Assembly: GCA_964426755.1 (NCBI GenBank)
Contig: CAYRRR010000002.1
Coordinates: forward strand, 1,459-65,458
DNA length: 64,000 nt
Direction: 5' to 3'
Source: an uncultured Candidatus Saccharibacteria bacterium
GTDB lineage: Bacteria > Patescibacteriota > Saccharimonadia > Saccharimonadales > JAGQNJ01
The first letter of the stretch is position 1. Every line of letters begins with the position of its first letter. The notes under the pieces are model-generated. The model did no database searches. It was not told the origin of the DNA and saw nothing but the letters and a program-made list of their open reading frames with translations. Both the position numbers and the translations under genes were made by a program. Of this stretch, positions 57,242 to 64,000 are shown one piece after another.

Positions 57242-58666
57242 ATGTCAAGCAACGAACCAAATCCTACCGGTCATCAACCAATTATTGATGCAAGCAACAT
57301 ACCGTTTGTAAATAGCGGCGATATCATATTATCTGATCCGGAAAAAATAGAAGTTAACACCCGTGTGCTTGATCTCGGGCAGTTGACCCCAATGATAGAC
57401 AGGGGGGCTTTTCATGAGGCAACTGGACTTTGGGCTGACTTGGTGGCTACAGTTGAAATAGGAAAAGATACATCCATAGGCATCATAGATCGCCGACCAT
57501 ATCTGAAAGATGCTGGCTTAGAGAATCTTAACTTATTTTGGACTGGAATCATGGGGGGCTCTGAGCATATGGGTTTGTCAACCAGAGCCGATGTTCTTGC
57601 TGTCGTGCTTGCGAAGAAGCAAAGCGAGGATGGCGAGGGGACGATTGATATAGTCCGTGATGTAAATGGCGCGCCAATCTATGCGTCATTGAAATCTGGT
57701 GAACCAGTAGTAGTCGGACGTGATCCGAAAGGCAGTAAGGGATTATTTGTGCCAGAAAAAGACACAACCGTCTCTCGGAATCATCTCCACCTTGATTTTC
57801 ATGCAAGAACAAATTCTTTAATAATTAAAGATCTGGAGTCAACAAACGGTTCCTACCTTAGAACCGCGGTTTCAGAATATGCAAGTCCTGAAAGATATAC
57901 TGACCTCGATGAAAGGGCTGAGAATATTGCCTATTCAGCTGGCTTGCATGCCCTCAAGGGCTCTAAGGGTGACGAGTTAAAGAATAAAACAGAGCAAGCT
58001 GGTGAGTTGCATGAAGCAGCTGGGGCTGAAAGACCATTAAAGGGTGAGGATAGCTCACTTATTGATGTAACCAACGGATTATTTGGCGTTTTTGATGGGG
58101 CGGGTGGTCACGCTGGCGGAGCGGCAGCATCACAAGAAGCGGCTCGAGTAGTGTCGAGCGACGCGGACTTATGTGATCGCGTAATAATGAGCCCTGAAGA
58201 AGCTCAGAAAATCATGAAAAGTACAATGGTTCGGGCTAATGATGCAGTTACGGACCGGAGCAGTGCAGGAGTTACTACTGCTACGGTTGTAAAAATTCAT
58301 AAGTGGCATGGCCGGGAGTATGCGACATGGAGTTCTGTAGGTGATAGCCGCCTATATGTTTATAACAAAATGAATAACGAACTCCGCATGTTGTCACATG
58401 ACGAGGGAAGAGGACATATACTTTTTAATGCCATTGGTGACGGCGGGCGCACATCTGTCGATCAGATAGGGTCATTTGAGCTTTCACCCGCAGACACGTT
58501 AATGCTTTGCACAGACGGAGTAACCGGCGATTATGAAAACGATATTCTTCATGAAGATATAATAAAAAGTGCATTGTACTGGGGCGAGTCAGCATTAAAA
58601 TCTGCGGAAATGTTAGTTAATACTGCTCGAAAGCATGACGACAGAACTTGTATTGTAATACGGTAG
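57242..58666 (+). CDS. FHA-domain protein fused to PP2C-type Ser/Thr phosphatase
   Basis: FHA (VVVGRD...VSRNHLHL...NGSYL) then PP2C metal-binding motifs (GVFDGAGGH, VGDSRLY, CTDGV). Roughly 140-aa N-terminal region of unknown function. Confidence 0.7.
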   Translation: MSSNEPNPTGHQPIIDASNIPFVNSGDIILSDPEKIEVNTRVLDLGQLTPMIDRGAFHEATGLWADLVATVEIGKDTSIGIIDRRPYLKDAGLENLNLFWTGIMGGSEHMGLSTRADVLAVVLAKKQSEDGEGTIDIVRDVNGAPIYASLKSGEPVVVGRDPKGSKGLFVPEKDTTVSRNHLHLDFHARTNSLIIKDLESTNGSYLRTAVSEYASPERYTDLDERAENIAYSAGLHALKGSKGDELKNKTEQAGELHEAAGAERPLKGEDSSLIDVTNGLFGVFDGAGGHAGGAAASQEAARVVSSDADLCDRVIMSPEEAQKIMKSTMVRANDAVTDRSSAGVTTATVVKIHKWHGREYATWSSVGDSRLYVYNKMNNELRMLSHDEGRGHILFNAIGDGGRTSVDQIGSFELSPADTLMLCTDGVTGDYENDILHEDIIKSALYWGESALKSAEMLVNTARKHDDRTCIVIR

Positions 58667-58701
58667 CTTGTTGCTACGCTCAGGATAAATTAAATAGACA
58701 A

Positions 58702-58974
58702 TTATTCAACGGTGACTTCAGTGCGAGGGACTGACTTGCCAGTAAAAAGTCGAATTTTACGGGTCTTAAATGCAACAATGCCATCTTTGGCTGCATGAAT
58801 GGTAAAGTTACGGCTCATGTACGTGCCGTTACCAGGCCGTTTAGTAGCACCAATTTGACGAACAATCACTTGGCCGTTTTTAACTTTTTGACCACCAAAT
58901 AACTTAACACCTAACCGCTGTCCCGGGCTATCGTGAACGTTTTTACTTGAACCACCTGCTTTAACTTTACTCAT
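58702..58974 (-). CDS. rpmA: Ribosomal protein L27
   Basis: MSKVKAGGSSKNVHDSPGQRLGVK...GNGTYM is canonical bL27. Confidence 0.92.
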   Translation of the reverse strand: MSKVKAGGSSKNVHDSPGQRLGVKLFGGQKVKNGQVIVRQIGATKRPGNGTYMSRNFTIHAAKDGIVAFKTRKIRLFTGKSVPRTEVTVE

Positions 58975-59149
58975 TGTAACCTCTTGCCAGTCAGCCTACT
59001 TGTCGGCAGAGTCGACAACTCTGCTGGCTTCTTGGTATATATCGGTGTCAGAAGCTACGGTGCTCGTGCATCGTGTGAATATACGACTTACTGCGCGCCT
59101 TACTCCTTCCTTGATATATATCCAAGCAAGAGGCTAAAATACTGGGTTG

Positions 59150-60349
59150 TTAAGTTCTTATTAGTGTAACAAGTTCGCGCCCGACAATTTGACCTTCTCT
59201 GTGATAGATAAGTTCATCGTTTGATGCGTGAACAAAACTCATACGAGTATACCCCATATCTGTTAGTCGGTCAAGTACGGGCAAATGTTTAATGCCGTTT
59301 CTGGTGTGCCAGGCCGGTACCGCAATGCACATGCGAAAACCAGATACTGTTTGGCGAGCAACGTTTTGTAGAAATTTTTTATGAATGGTGTCGACATCTT
59401 GAATAACTTCACGTAATTTGTCAGGATGAGGCTCTGTAGAGAAGGGCCTGCCAAGATATGTTTCGGCGGCAACGCAGAGTTTGGTTAAGCTATTTTGGGT
59501 TAGATCGGAAATAATTATATCGGTGGCGTCGTTAGCGGAAAGCTCTTTGAGATTTTCATAATGTAAATCATACAGGGGTTGTTGTATTAACCAATCTAAA
59601 TTTTTCTTAGTATATTGAACCATACGAAGATCTATATCTGAGCCGATAACTTGAAGACCCATCAAGAGCGCTTCTTGAAGTATGACACCCGTTCCACAAA
59701 AAGGGTCGAGCACTATTCCATCGTTTAGTGGATTAGATAAGTTGATGATAATCTGAGCGAGTTTTGGTGGTAGCATACCCACGCGGGCATCACGAGCAGG
59801 GCGGGCCTGGTCACGAGCGGCATAGGCATCGATATCTTGCACTTGCACCGTTTGTGCCAGTATGGTTTTGTTGCCGTTTTTTATGCACAAAAGCTCCATG
59901 CCAAGTTCGGCAGTTAGTTTGTTTCGTAACACTTGGGCACTATTAAGCTCGCTGGCTTCGTTGGGTATGACTCGCATTGTGCGCCCAACTTCACGCGCTG
60001 CTTTTTTTACTTTGAGGCCGGTGGCATTAATTGCTTTCGGCGAAACGCTAAGTCCATACGTGCTTATGCCAAACTTAGCTTTGCCTTCAGGCAAATGTTT
60101 TAAATGTTTGGGCACGTTTTGGGTCAAGTAATTTTCAAGGGTTTTCCAGTCGGTGTAGGGGAGTTCGGTCAATGTTTTAGCAAGTTTGAGGGTGCCACCC
60201 AACCGTGTAAATGGGATATCATCGGGGTGTTTATTTAAAAACGCTGCAGAATCACTAATTGGCTTTACGGCTTGGGCGCCGAATAAGCTCTCGAGTTCAG
60301 CTAAACTCAATCCCTTTTGTCGGCCTAAAATACAAATACTCTCAAACAT
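59150..60349 (-). CDS. THUMP-domain class I SAM-dependent RNA methyltransferase (RlmL/Trm14-like)
   Basis: N-terminal THUMP-like region, SAM motif VLDPFCGTGVIL and DIDLR. Start chosen at MFESIC. Confidence 0.6.
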   Translation of the reverse strand: MFESICILGRQKGLSLAELESLFGAQAVKPISDSAAFLNKHPDDIPFTRLGGTLKLAKTLTELPYTDWKTLENYLTQNVPKHLKHLPEGKAKFGISTYGLSVSPKAINATGLKVKKAAREVGRTMRVIPNEASELNSAQVLRNKLTAELGMELLCIKNGNKTILAQTVQVQDIDAYAARDQARPARDARVGMLPPKLAQIIINLSNPLNDGIVLDPFCGTGVILQEALLMGLQVIGSDIDLRMVQYTKKNLDWLIQQPLYDLHYENLKELSANDATDIIISDLTQNSLTKLCVAAETYLGRPFSTEPHPDKLREVIQDVDTIHKKFLQNVARQTVSGFRMCIAVPAWHTRNGIKHLPVLDRLTDMGYTRMSFVHASNDELIYHREGQIVGRELVTLIRT

Positions 60350-60360
60350 TCTACATACAG

Positions 60361-60366
60361 TATAAT
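60361..60366 (+). promoter_or_regulatory. TATAAT 5 nt upstream of ATG 60372 (leaderless-type), within a 22-bp divergent spacer
   Basis: TATAAT, then AGTTT, then ATG. No SD. Confidence 0.35.
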
Positions 60367-60371
60367 AGTTT

Positions 60372-61421
60372 ATGTCTATGGCGGAAGAGAAAAAACGAGC
60401 ACGACTATGGAAAATAGTTATTAATGTCATTACATTACTTGCACTAGGTATGCTTGTTTACTTAGTGAGACACGAGGTCTACGAAACACTACAGCGTATT
60501 GATGACGTATATTGGGGTGTCTTGCTGGTGATAATTCCTGTCCAAGCACTCAATTTTTATTCGTACACTTTGATGTATGAGGATTTATTAAACTTTTTAA
60601 AGGCGCGCATTTCACGCGGAAAGCTGTATCGAATTACATTAGAGCTAAATTTTGTAAATCATGTATTTCCGAGCGGAGGAGTATCAGGGTTTTCATACTT
60701 TAGTTTGCGTTTGCGTCCATTGGGCGTTACGACCGGTAAGTCTACGCTCATACAGATGATGCGTTTTATCCTTATTTTTGTATCTTTTCAGCTTGTGTTA
60801 GGTCTCGGTCTTATATTATTGGGGTTCTCTGGGGCAGTAAATAATTTTGTACTCCTTATTGCTGGCTCGCTTGCCACATTGCTGGTGGTTGGAACATTTA
60901 CGCTAGCTTATATTATTGGTAGCAAACGACGAATCAATAACTTCTTTACAGCCATTACAAAATTGTTTAATAAGGTGATTAATCTCTTTCGCCCAAGTCA
61001 TCCTGAGACGATTAGTATTGAGCGTGCTCAAAAAGCTTTTACAGAGCTCCATGAAAACTACACATTCATAAAAAGAGATCTTGGTGTGCTGCGCAAACCG
61101 CTGCTTCACGCGCTCGTTGCGAACGTAACTGAAATACTAACACTGTACATTGTCTTTGTAGCGTTTGGTTTTTGGGTTAATCCGGGCGCCGTAATTTTAG
61201 CGTATGCAGTCGCGAACTTTGCGGGCTTGATTTCTGTATTGCCGGGAGGGGTAGGGGTATATGAAGCTCTAATGACCGCCGTGCTGGCAACTGCAGGAGT
61301 GCCGCCAGGCATAAGCGTACCGGTAGTTATTATGTACCGAGTTATCAATACTGTGCTGCAGCTTCCTATCGGATACGTACTTTACCACAAGGCAGTCCTA
61401 GATAACGATATTAAGCTATGA
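60372..61421 (+). CDS. Flippase-like / lysyl-phosphatidylglycerol-synthase TM-domain family membrane protein (UPF0104-like)
   Basis: About 8 TM helices with the sequence pattern typical of the UPF0104/MprF TM-domain family. Weak support. Confidence 0.5.
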   Translation: MSMAEEKKRARLWKIVINVITLLALGMLVYLVRHEVYETLQRIDDVYWGVLLVIIPVQALNFYSYTLMYEDLLNFLKARISRGKLYRITLELNFVNHVFPSGGVSGFSYFSLRLRPLGVTTGKSTLIQMMRFILIFVSFQLVLGLGLILLGFSGAVNNFVLLIAGSLATLLVVGTFTLAYIIGSKRRINNFFTAITKLFNKVINLFRPSHPETISIERAQKAFTELHENYTFIKRDLGVLRKPLLHALVANVTEILTLYIVFVAFGFWVNPGAVILAYAVANFAGLISVLPGGVGVYEALMTAVLATAGVPPGISVPVVIMYRVINTVLQLPIGYVLYHKAVLDNDIKL

Positions 61422-62527
61422 AAAGCGAGCCCGTATACTCTGTAAGTGACTTCGTGGCTGTATTTAATCAGGTTGTTGATGTTGCGTTCGGATCAATTAC
61501 TATAACGGGTGAATTAGCTCAATTTAGGGTTAGTAAAAATCGTTGGGTATACTTTGATTTAATTGATGAATACGCCAGTGTGCGTTTTTTTGGAACCGTT
61601 TACACATTACCCGGACCACTTCAGGACGGGATGACATTAGTGGTTAGAGGGATACCGCAGCTACATCCACGGTTTGGATTTAGTATAACCATACAATCTA
61701 TCCAGCTTAAAGGCGAAGGAACAATTAAAAAAGCTTCTGATTTATTGGAAGCACAGTTAGAAAAAGAAGGTTTATTTGCAGAAGAACGAAAACGGCCGCT
61801 ACCATATCCACCTCAATCAATCGGACTTATTACATCAAGAGAATCAGCTGCATATGCCGATTTTATAAAGATTATAAATGCACGCTGGGGAGGCTTGGAT
61901 ATCCAGCTTTATGATATTCAAGTGCAAGGTGAGCAAGCACCGTCGCAAATCATAAAAGGAATCAGCTACTTTAATGCTCATGCTGCACCGCCGGATGTTT
62001 TGGTGATTACGCGAGGTGGCGGTAGCGCCGAAGATTTGCAGGCCTTTAGTACTGAAGGCGTAACAAGGGCTATTGCGGCCAGCCGTATACCTACACTTGT
62101 TGCTGTTGGACATGAGATTGATATAACGCTTGCCGAGCGAGCTGCTGACAAACGGGCAAGCACTCCAAGTAACGCTGCAGAGCTGCTTACCCCCGATAAA
62201 AGGCATCAGCAAACGTTACTTGAGCAATCTTCGAAACAAATGTACCATTTTGCTTTGCAGGCAACCCACAACGAAAAACGAGCTCTTAAACAGTTGGGAG
62301 AAACACTTTCTAAAATGGTAGAGCATAATATGCAATGGTCACGCCAGAGGTTAGAAGTAAACCGAAAAACTATCGCGCTACTTAACCCACAAGAAATATT
62401 AAAGCGAGGCTTCGTAATTGTGAGTCAGCGTAAAAACGTAATTAATCGAGCGGCAGATTTAAATACAGAAGAAGCCTTTATGCTACGTTTTTATGACAAA
62501 GAGCTTACAATAAAACCAACAGACTAG
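61418..62527 (+). CDS. xseA: Exodeoxyribonuclease VII large subunit
   Basis: N-terminal OB-fold (VSDFVAVFNQVV...) and catalytic core (ITRGGGS...DL). Confidence 0.88.
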   Translation: MKSEPVYSVSDFVAVFNQVVDVAFGSITITGELAQFRVSKNRWVYFDLIDEYASVRFFGTVYTLPGPLQDGMTLVVRGIPQLHPRFGFSITIQSIQLKGEGTIKKASDLLEAQLEKEGLFAEERKRPLPYPPQSIGLITSRESAAYADFIKIINARWGGLDIQLYDIQVQGEQAPSQIIKGISYFNAHAAPPDVLVITRGGGSAEDLQAFSTEGVTRAIAASRIPTLVAVGHEIDITLAERAADKRASTPSNAAELLTPDKRHQQTLLEQSSKQMYHFALQATHNEKRALKQLGETLSKMVEHNMQWSRQRLEVNRKTIALLNPQEILKRGFVIVSQRKNVINRAADLNTEEAFMLRFYDKELTIKPTD

Positions 62528-62539
62528 AGAGGAGAATTA

Positions 62540-62725
62540 ATGAGCACATATCAAGAACTAGCCGACCAGTTAACGATAATAATGGATAAGTTACAAAGCG
62601 GAGAGCTTACGCTTGATGAAACTATCGAAGTATATAATGACGCCGCAGAAATTATTAAAAAAATGGAAAAGCAACTACTGGCAGCAGAAAATAAGATTAA
62701 GAAAATTAAAGACAGTCTTCAATGA
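62540..62725 (+). CDS. xseB: Exodeoxyribonuclease VII small subunit
   Basis: 61-aa helical protein with an LTLDETIEVYNDAAE motif, immediately after xseA. Confidence 0.8.
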   Translation: MSTYQELADQLTIIMDKLQSGELTLDETIEVYNDAAEIIKKMEKQLLAAENKIKKIKDSLQ

Positions 62726-63249
62726 TCGAGATAGCTTGGAATATTGCACTCATCCTTTGTGCGGTCATATTTTTGGCTTTTACATTTGTTGTGGCATTCG
62801 GGGCGCCATATTTACCAATCCTTAAAAATCGAATACCTGAAGCACTCGATTTAATTAATCTTAAGCCAGGTCAAACTTTAATTGAGCTTGGTAGTGGTGA
62901 TGGTCGCGTTTTAGCTGCTGCTGCACAACGTGGTATACAAAGTATAGGGTATGAACTCAATCCGCTATTAGTTGTTTACTCTAAGCTCCGGCTTATCAAG
63001 TATCGTAAATTAACTCGAGTTGTATGGGGTAATTATTGGACCAAAAAATGGCCAGAAGCGCATGGAATATTTGTTTTTTTATTGCAGCCATATATGCAAA
63101 AACTGGGTACAAAAATTGAACAAAATTACCCTAAAGGCATAAAGCTTGTAAGCTTCGCGTTTACACTGCCGGATGCGCAACCCGTCAAAGAGCTGAATGG
63201 TCTATACCTTTACCAGGTGGGCAAACGATTGAAAAAAAGCCAACAGTAG
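62722..63249 (+). CDS. Small membrane-anchored class I SAM-dependent methyltransferase
   Basis: N-terminal TM helix. SAM motif LIELGSGDGRV and motif II (YELNP). Confidence 0.55.
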   Translation: MIEIAWNIALILCAVIFLAFTFVVAFGAPYLPILKNRIPEALDLINLKPGQTLIELGSGDGRVLAAAAQRGIQSIGYELNPLLVVYSKLRLIKYRKLTRVVWGNYWTKKWPEAHGIFVFLLQPYMQKLGTKIEQNYPKGIKLVSFAFTLPDAQPVKELNGLYLYQVGKRLKKSQQ

Positions 63250-63264
63250 GTTACCATTAGCGTT

Positions 63265-63942
63265 ATGAATAAGCTGCAAAAGCTTGGCGCCAATGATCGT
63301 GGCTCAATTAACACGCTTTTAATACCACTCATTATTACAATCATTCTTCTCATTGCGACAGCCAGCTTTGCAGTTTGGGCTTTCATGGAGCGTGCCGATT
63401 ATAAAAATAATGTCGAAGGCAAGGTTAAGACTGCGGTTGGCGTAGCTATAAAAGAAACCGAAACCAGAAAAGATAATGAGTTTCAGGAACGTGAAAAACA
63501 GCCGTTAACTAATTATCAGGGACCTTCAGCCTTCGGTAGCGTACTTATTAAATACCCTAAGAGCTGGAGCGCATATGTCGATGAAAGCGGCAGAAGCAGC
63601 TCACCGGTTGATGGTTATTTTCATCCTACAACTGTTCCCGGTATACAGTCAGGCACTGCATATGCTTTGCGCCTACAGGTTGTGGAGCGCTCATTCTCAG
63701 ATGAGGTCAAAAGTTTTGATAATGCGGTCAAACAAGGCAAGGTTCGTTCTCAAGCTTACGCTCCCGTAAACGTCAAAAATGTTGTGGGCGTGCGCATAGA
63801 GGGTGAAATTATACCCAAACAGCAGGGCATAATGGTATTACTGCCGCTTAGAGATAAGACAGTAAAGATTTACACTCAATCAAATCAATTTTTTAACGAC
63901 TTTAATACAAATATTTTGCCAAACTTCTCATTTACGCCGTAG
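63265..63942 (+). CDS. Hypothetical membrane-anchored extracytoplasmic protein
   Basis: N-terminal signal-anchor LLIPLIITIILLIATASFAVWAF, then a soluble domain with no recognised motif. Confidence 0.4.
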   Translation: MNKLQKLGANDRGSINTLLIPLIITIILLIATASFAVWAFMERADYKNNVEGKVKTAVGVAIKETETRKDNEFQEREKQPLTNYQGPSAFGSVLIKYPKSWSAYVDESGRSSSPVDGYFHPTTVPGIQSGTAYALRLQVVERSFSDEVKSFDNAVKQGKVRSQAYAPVNVKNVVGVRIEGEIIPKQQGIMVLLPLRDKTVKIYTQSNQFFNDFNTNILPNFSFTP

Positions 63943-64000
63943 CTGTACGCTGCTATCATTAAAGTGATTAAAAGCGAGGGTTAATGGTGCAAAATAGCGG

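Noticed and set aside
495-62212. Numerous 60-180-aa antisense or alternate-frame ORFs in the six-frame track (e.g. 495-695, 1662-1907, 12655-12969, 42573-43109, 61844-62212)
   Set aside because: They lie entirely inside strongly supported conserved genes on the opposite strand or a different frame and are low-complexity with no motifs. Treated as chance ORFs.
1-64000. tRNA/rRNA genes, CRISPR arrays, IS elements
   Set aside because: Intergenic spacers longer than 40 bp were scanned by eye for T-loop (GTTCRA) or cloverleaf candidates and for short regularly spaced repeats. None found. No transposase or integrase ORFs.
1-64000. UGA recoding (Gracilibacteria/Absconditabacteria-type code 25)
   Set aside because: ftsE ends in an in-frame TGA overlapping the ftsX start, RF2 is present and intact, and no conserved gene shows internal TGA.

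Overview
The window is a dense, mostly plus-strand stretch of core housekeeping genes from a small-genome, Gram-positive-type (monoderm) bacterium. The gene content reads like a reduced lineage such as Saccharibacteria/CPR or a streamlined Terrabacteria member, but lineage cannot be proven from sequence alone: PcsB-like and EnvC-like hydrolases sit after ftsEX, and there is an LCP protein, a class I LysRS, a type-2-like IleS, a class II B12 ribonucleotide reductase with nrdR, a 4-domain S1 protein and a heliorhodopsin. The standard genetic code is in use. TGA terminates ftsE and both RF1 and RF2 are present. No tRNA, rRNA, CRISPR array or obvious mobile element was seen.

Main blocks:
- Translation and ribosome: rpsA, infB, rpsU, rplU, rpmE, rpsB, tsf, frr, rpmA, hpf, prfA/prmC, prfB, and five aminoacyl-tRNA synthetases (ileS, proS, class I lysK, serS).
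- Protein maturation: def and fmt.
- Division and envelope: ftsA, ftsZ, ftsEX followed by two coiled-coil hydrolases (M23 and CHAP), an LCP protein, lepB, htrA, ctpA, rseP, a CPBP protease and uppS.
- Replication and repair: priA, parAB and xseAB.
- Nucleotide metabolism: nrdR-nrdJ, pyrG and adk.

Points that stand out:
- A heliorhodopsin gene with all key residues conserved, sitting between msrA and a HAD hydrolase plus a Cas4-like Fe-S nuclease.
- A T-box-type leader (canonical UGGUACC antiterminator bulge) in front of a cupin gene translationally coupled to ileS.
- Two adjacent paralogous coiled-coil cell-wall hydrolases downstream of ftsEX that share a 204-bp block with 100% nucleotide identity.
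- An NrdH-like redoxin after nrdJ whose CxxC active site has degenerated to SxxA.
- The position normally held by pyrH in the rpsB-tsf-pyrH-frr cluster is filled by an unrelated 260-aa protein.
- Repeated leaderless-type promoter geometry: a -10 hexamer 5-8 nt upstream of the start codon for rpsU, prfB, priA, lepB and a divergent gene pair.
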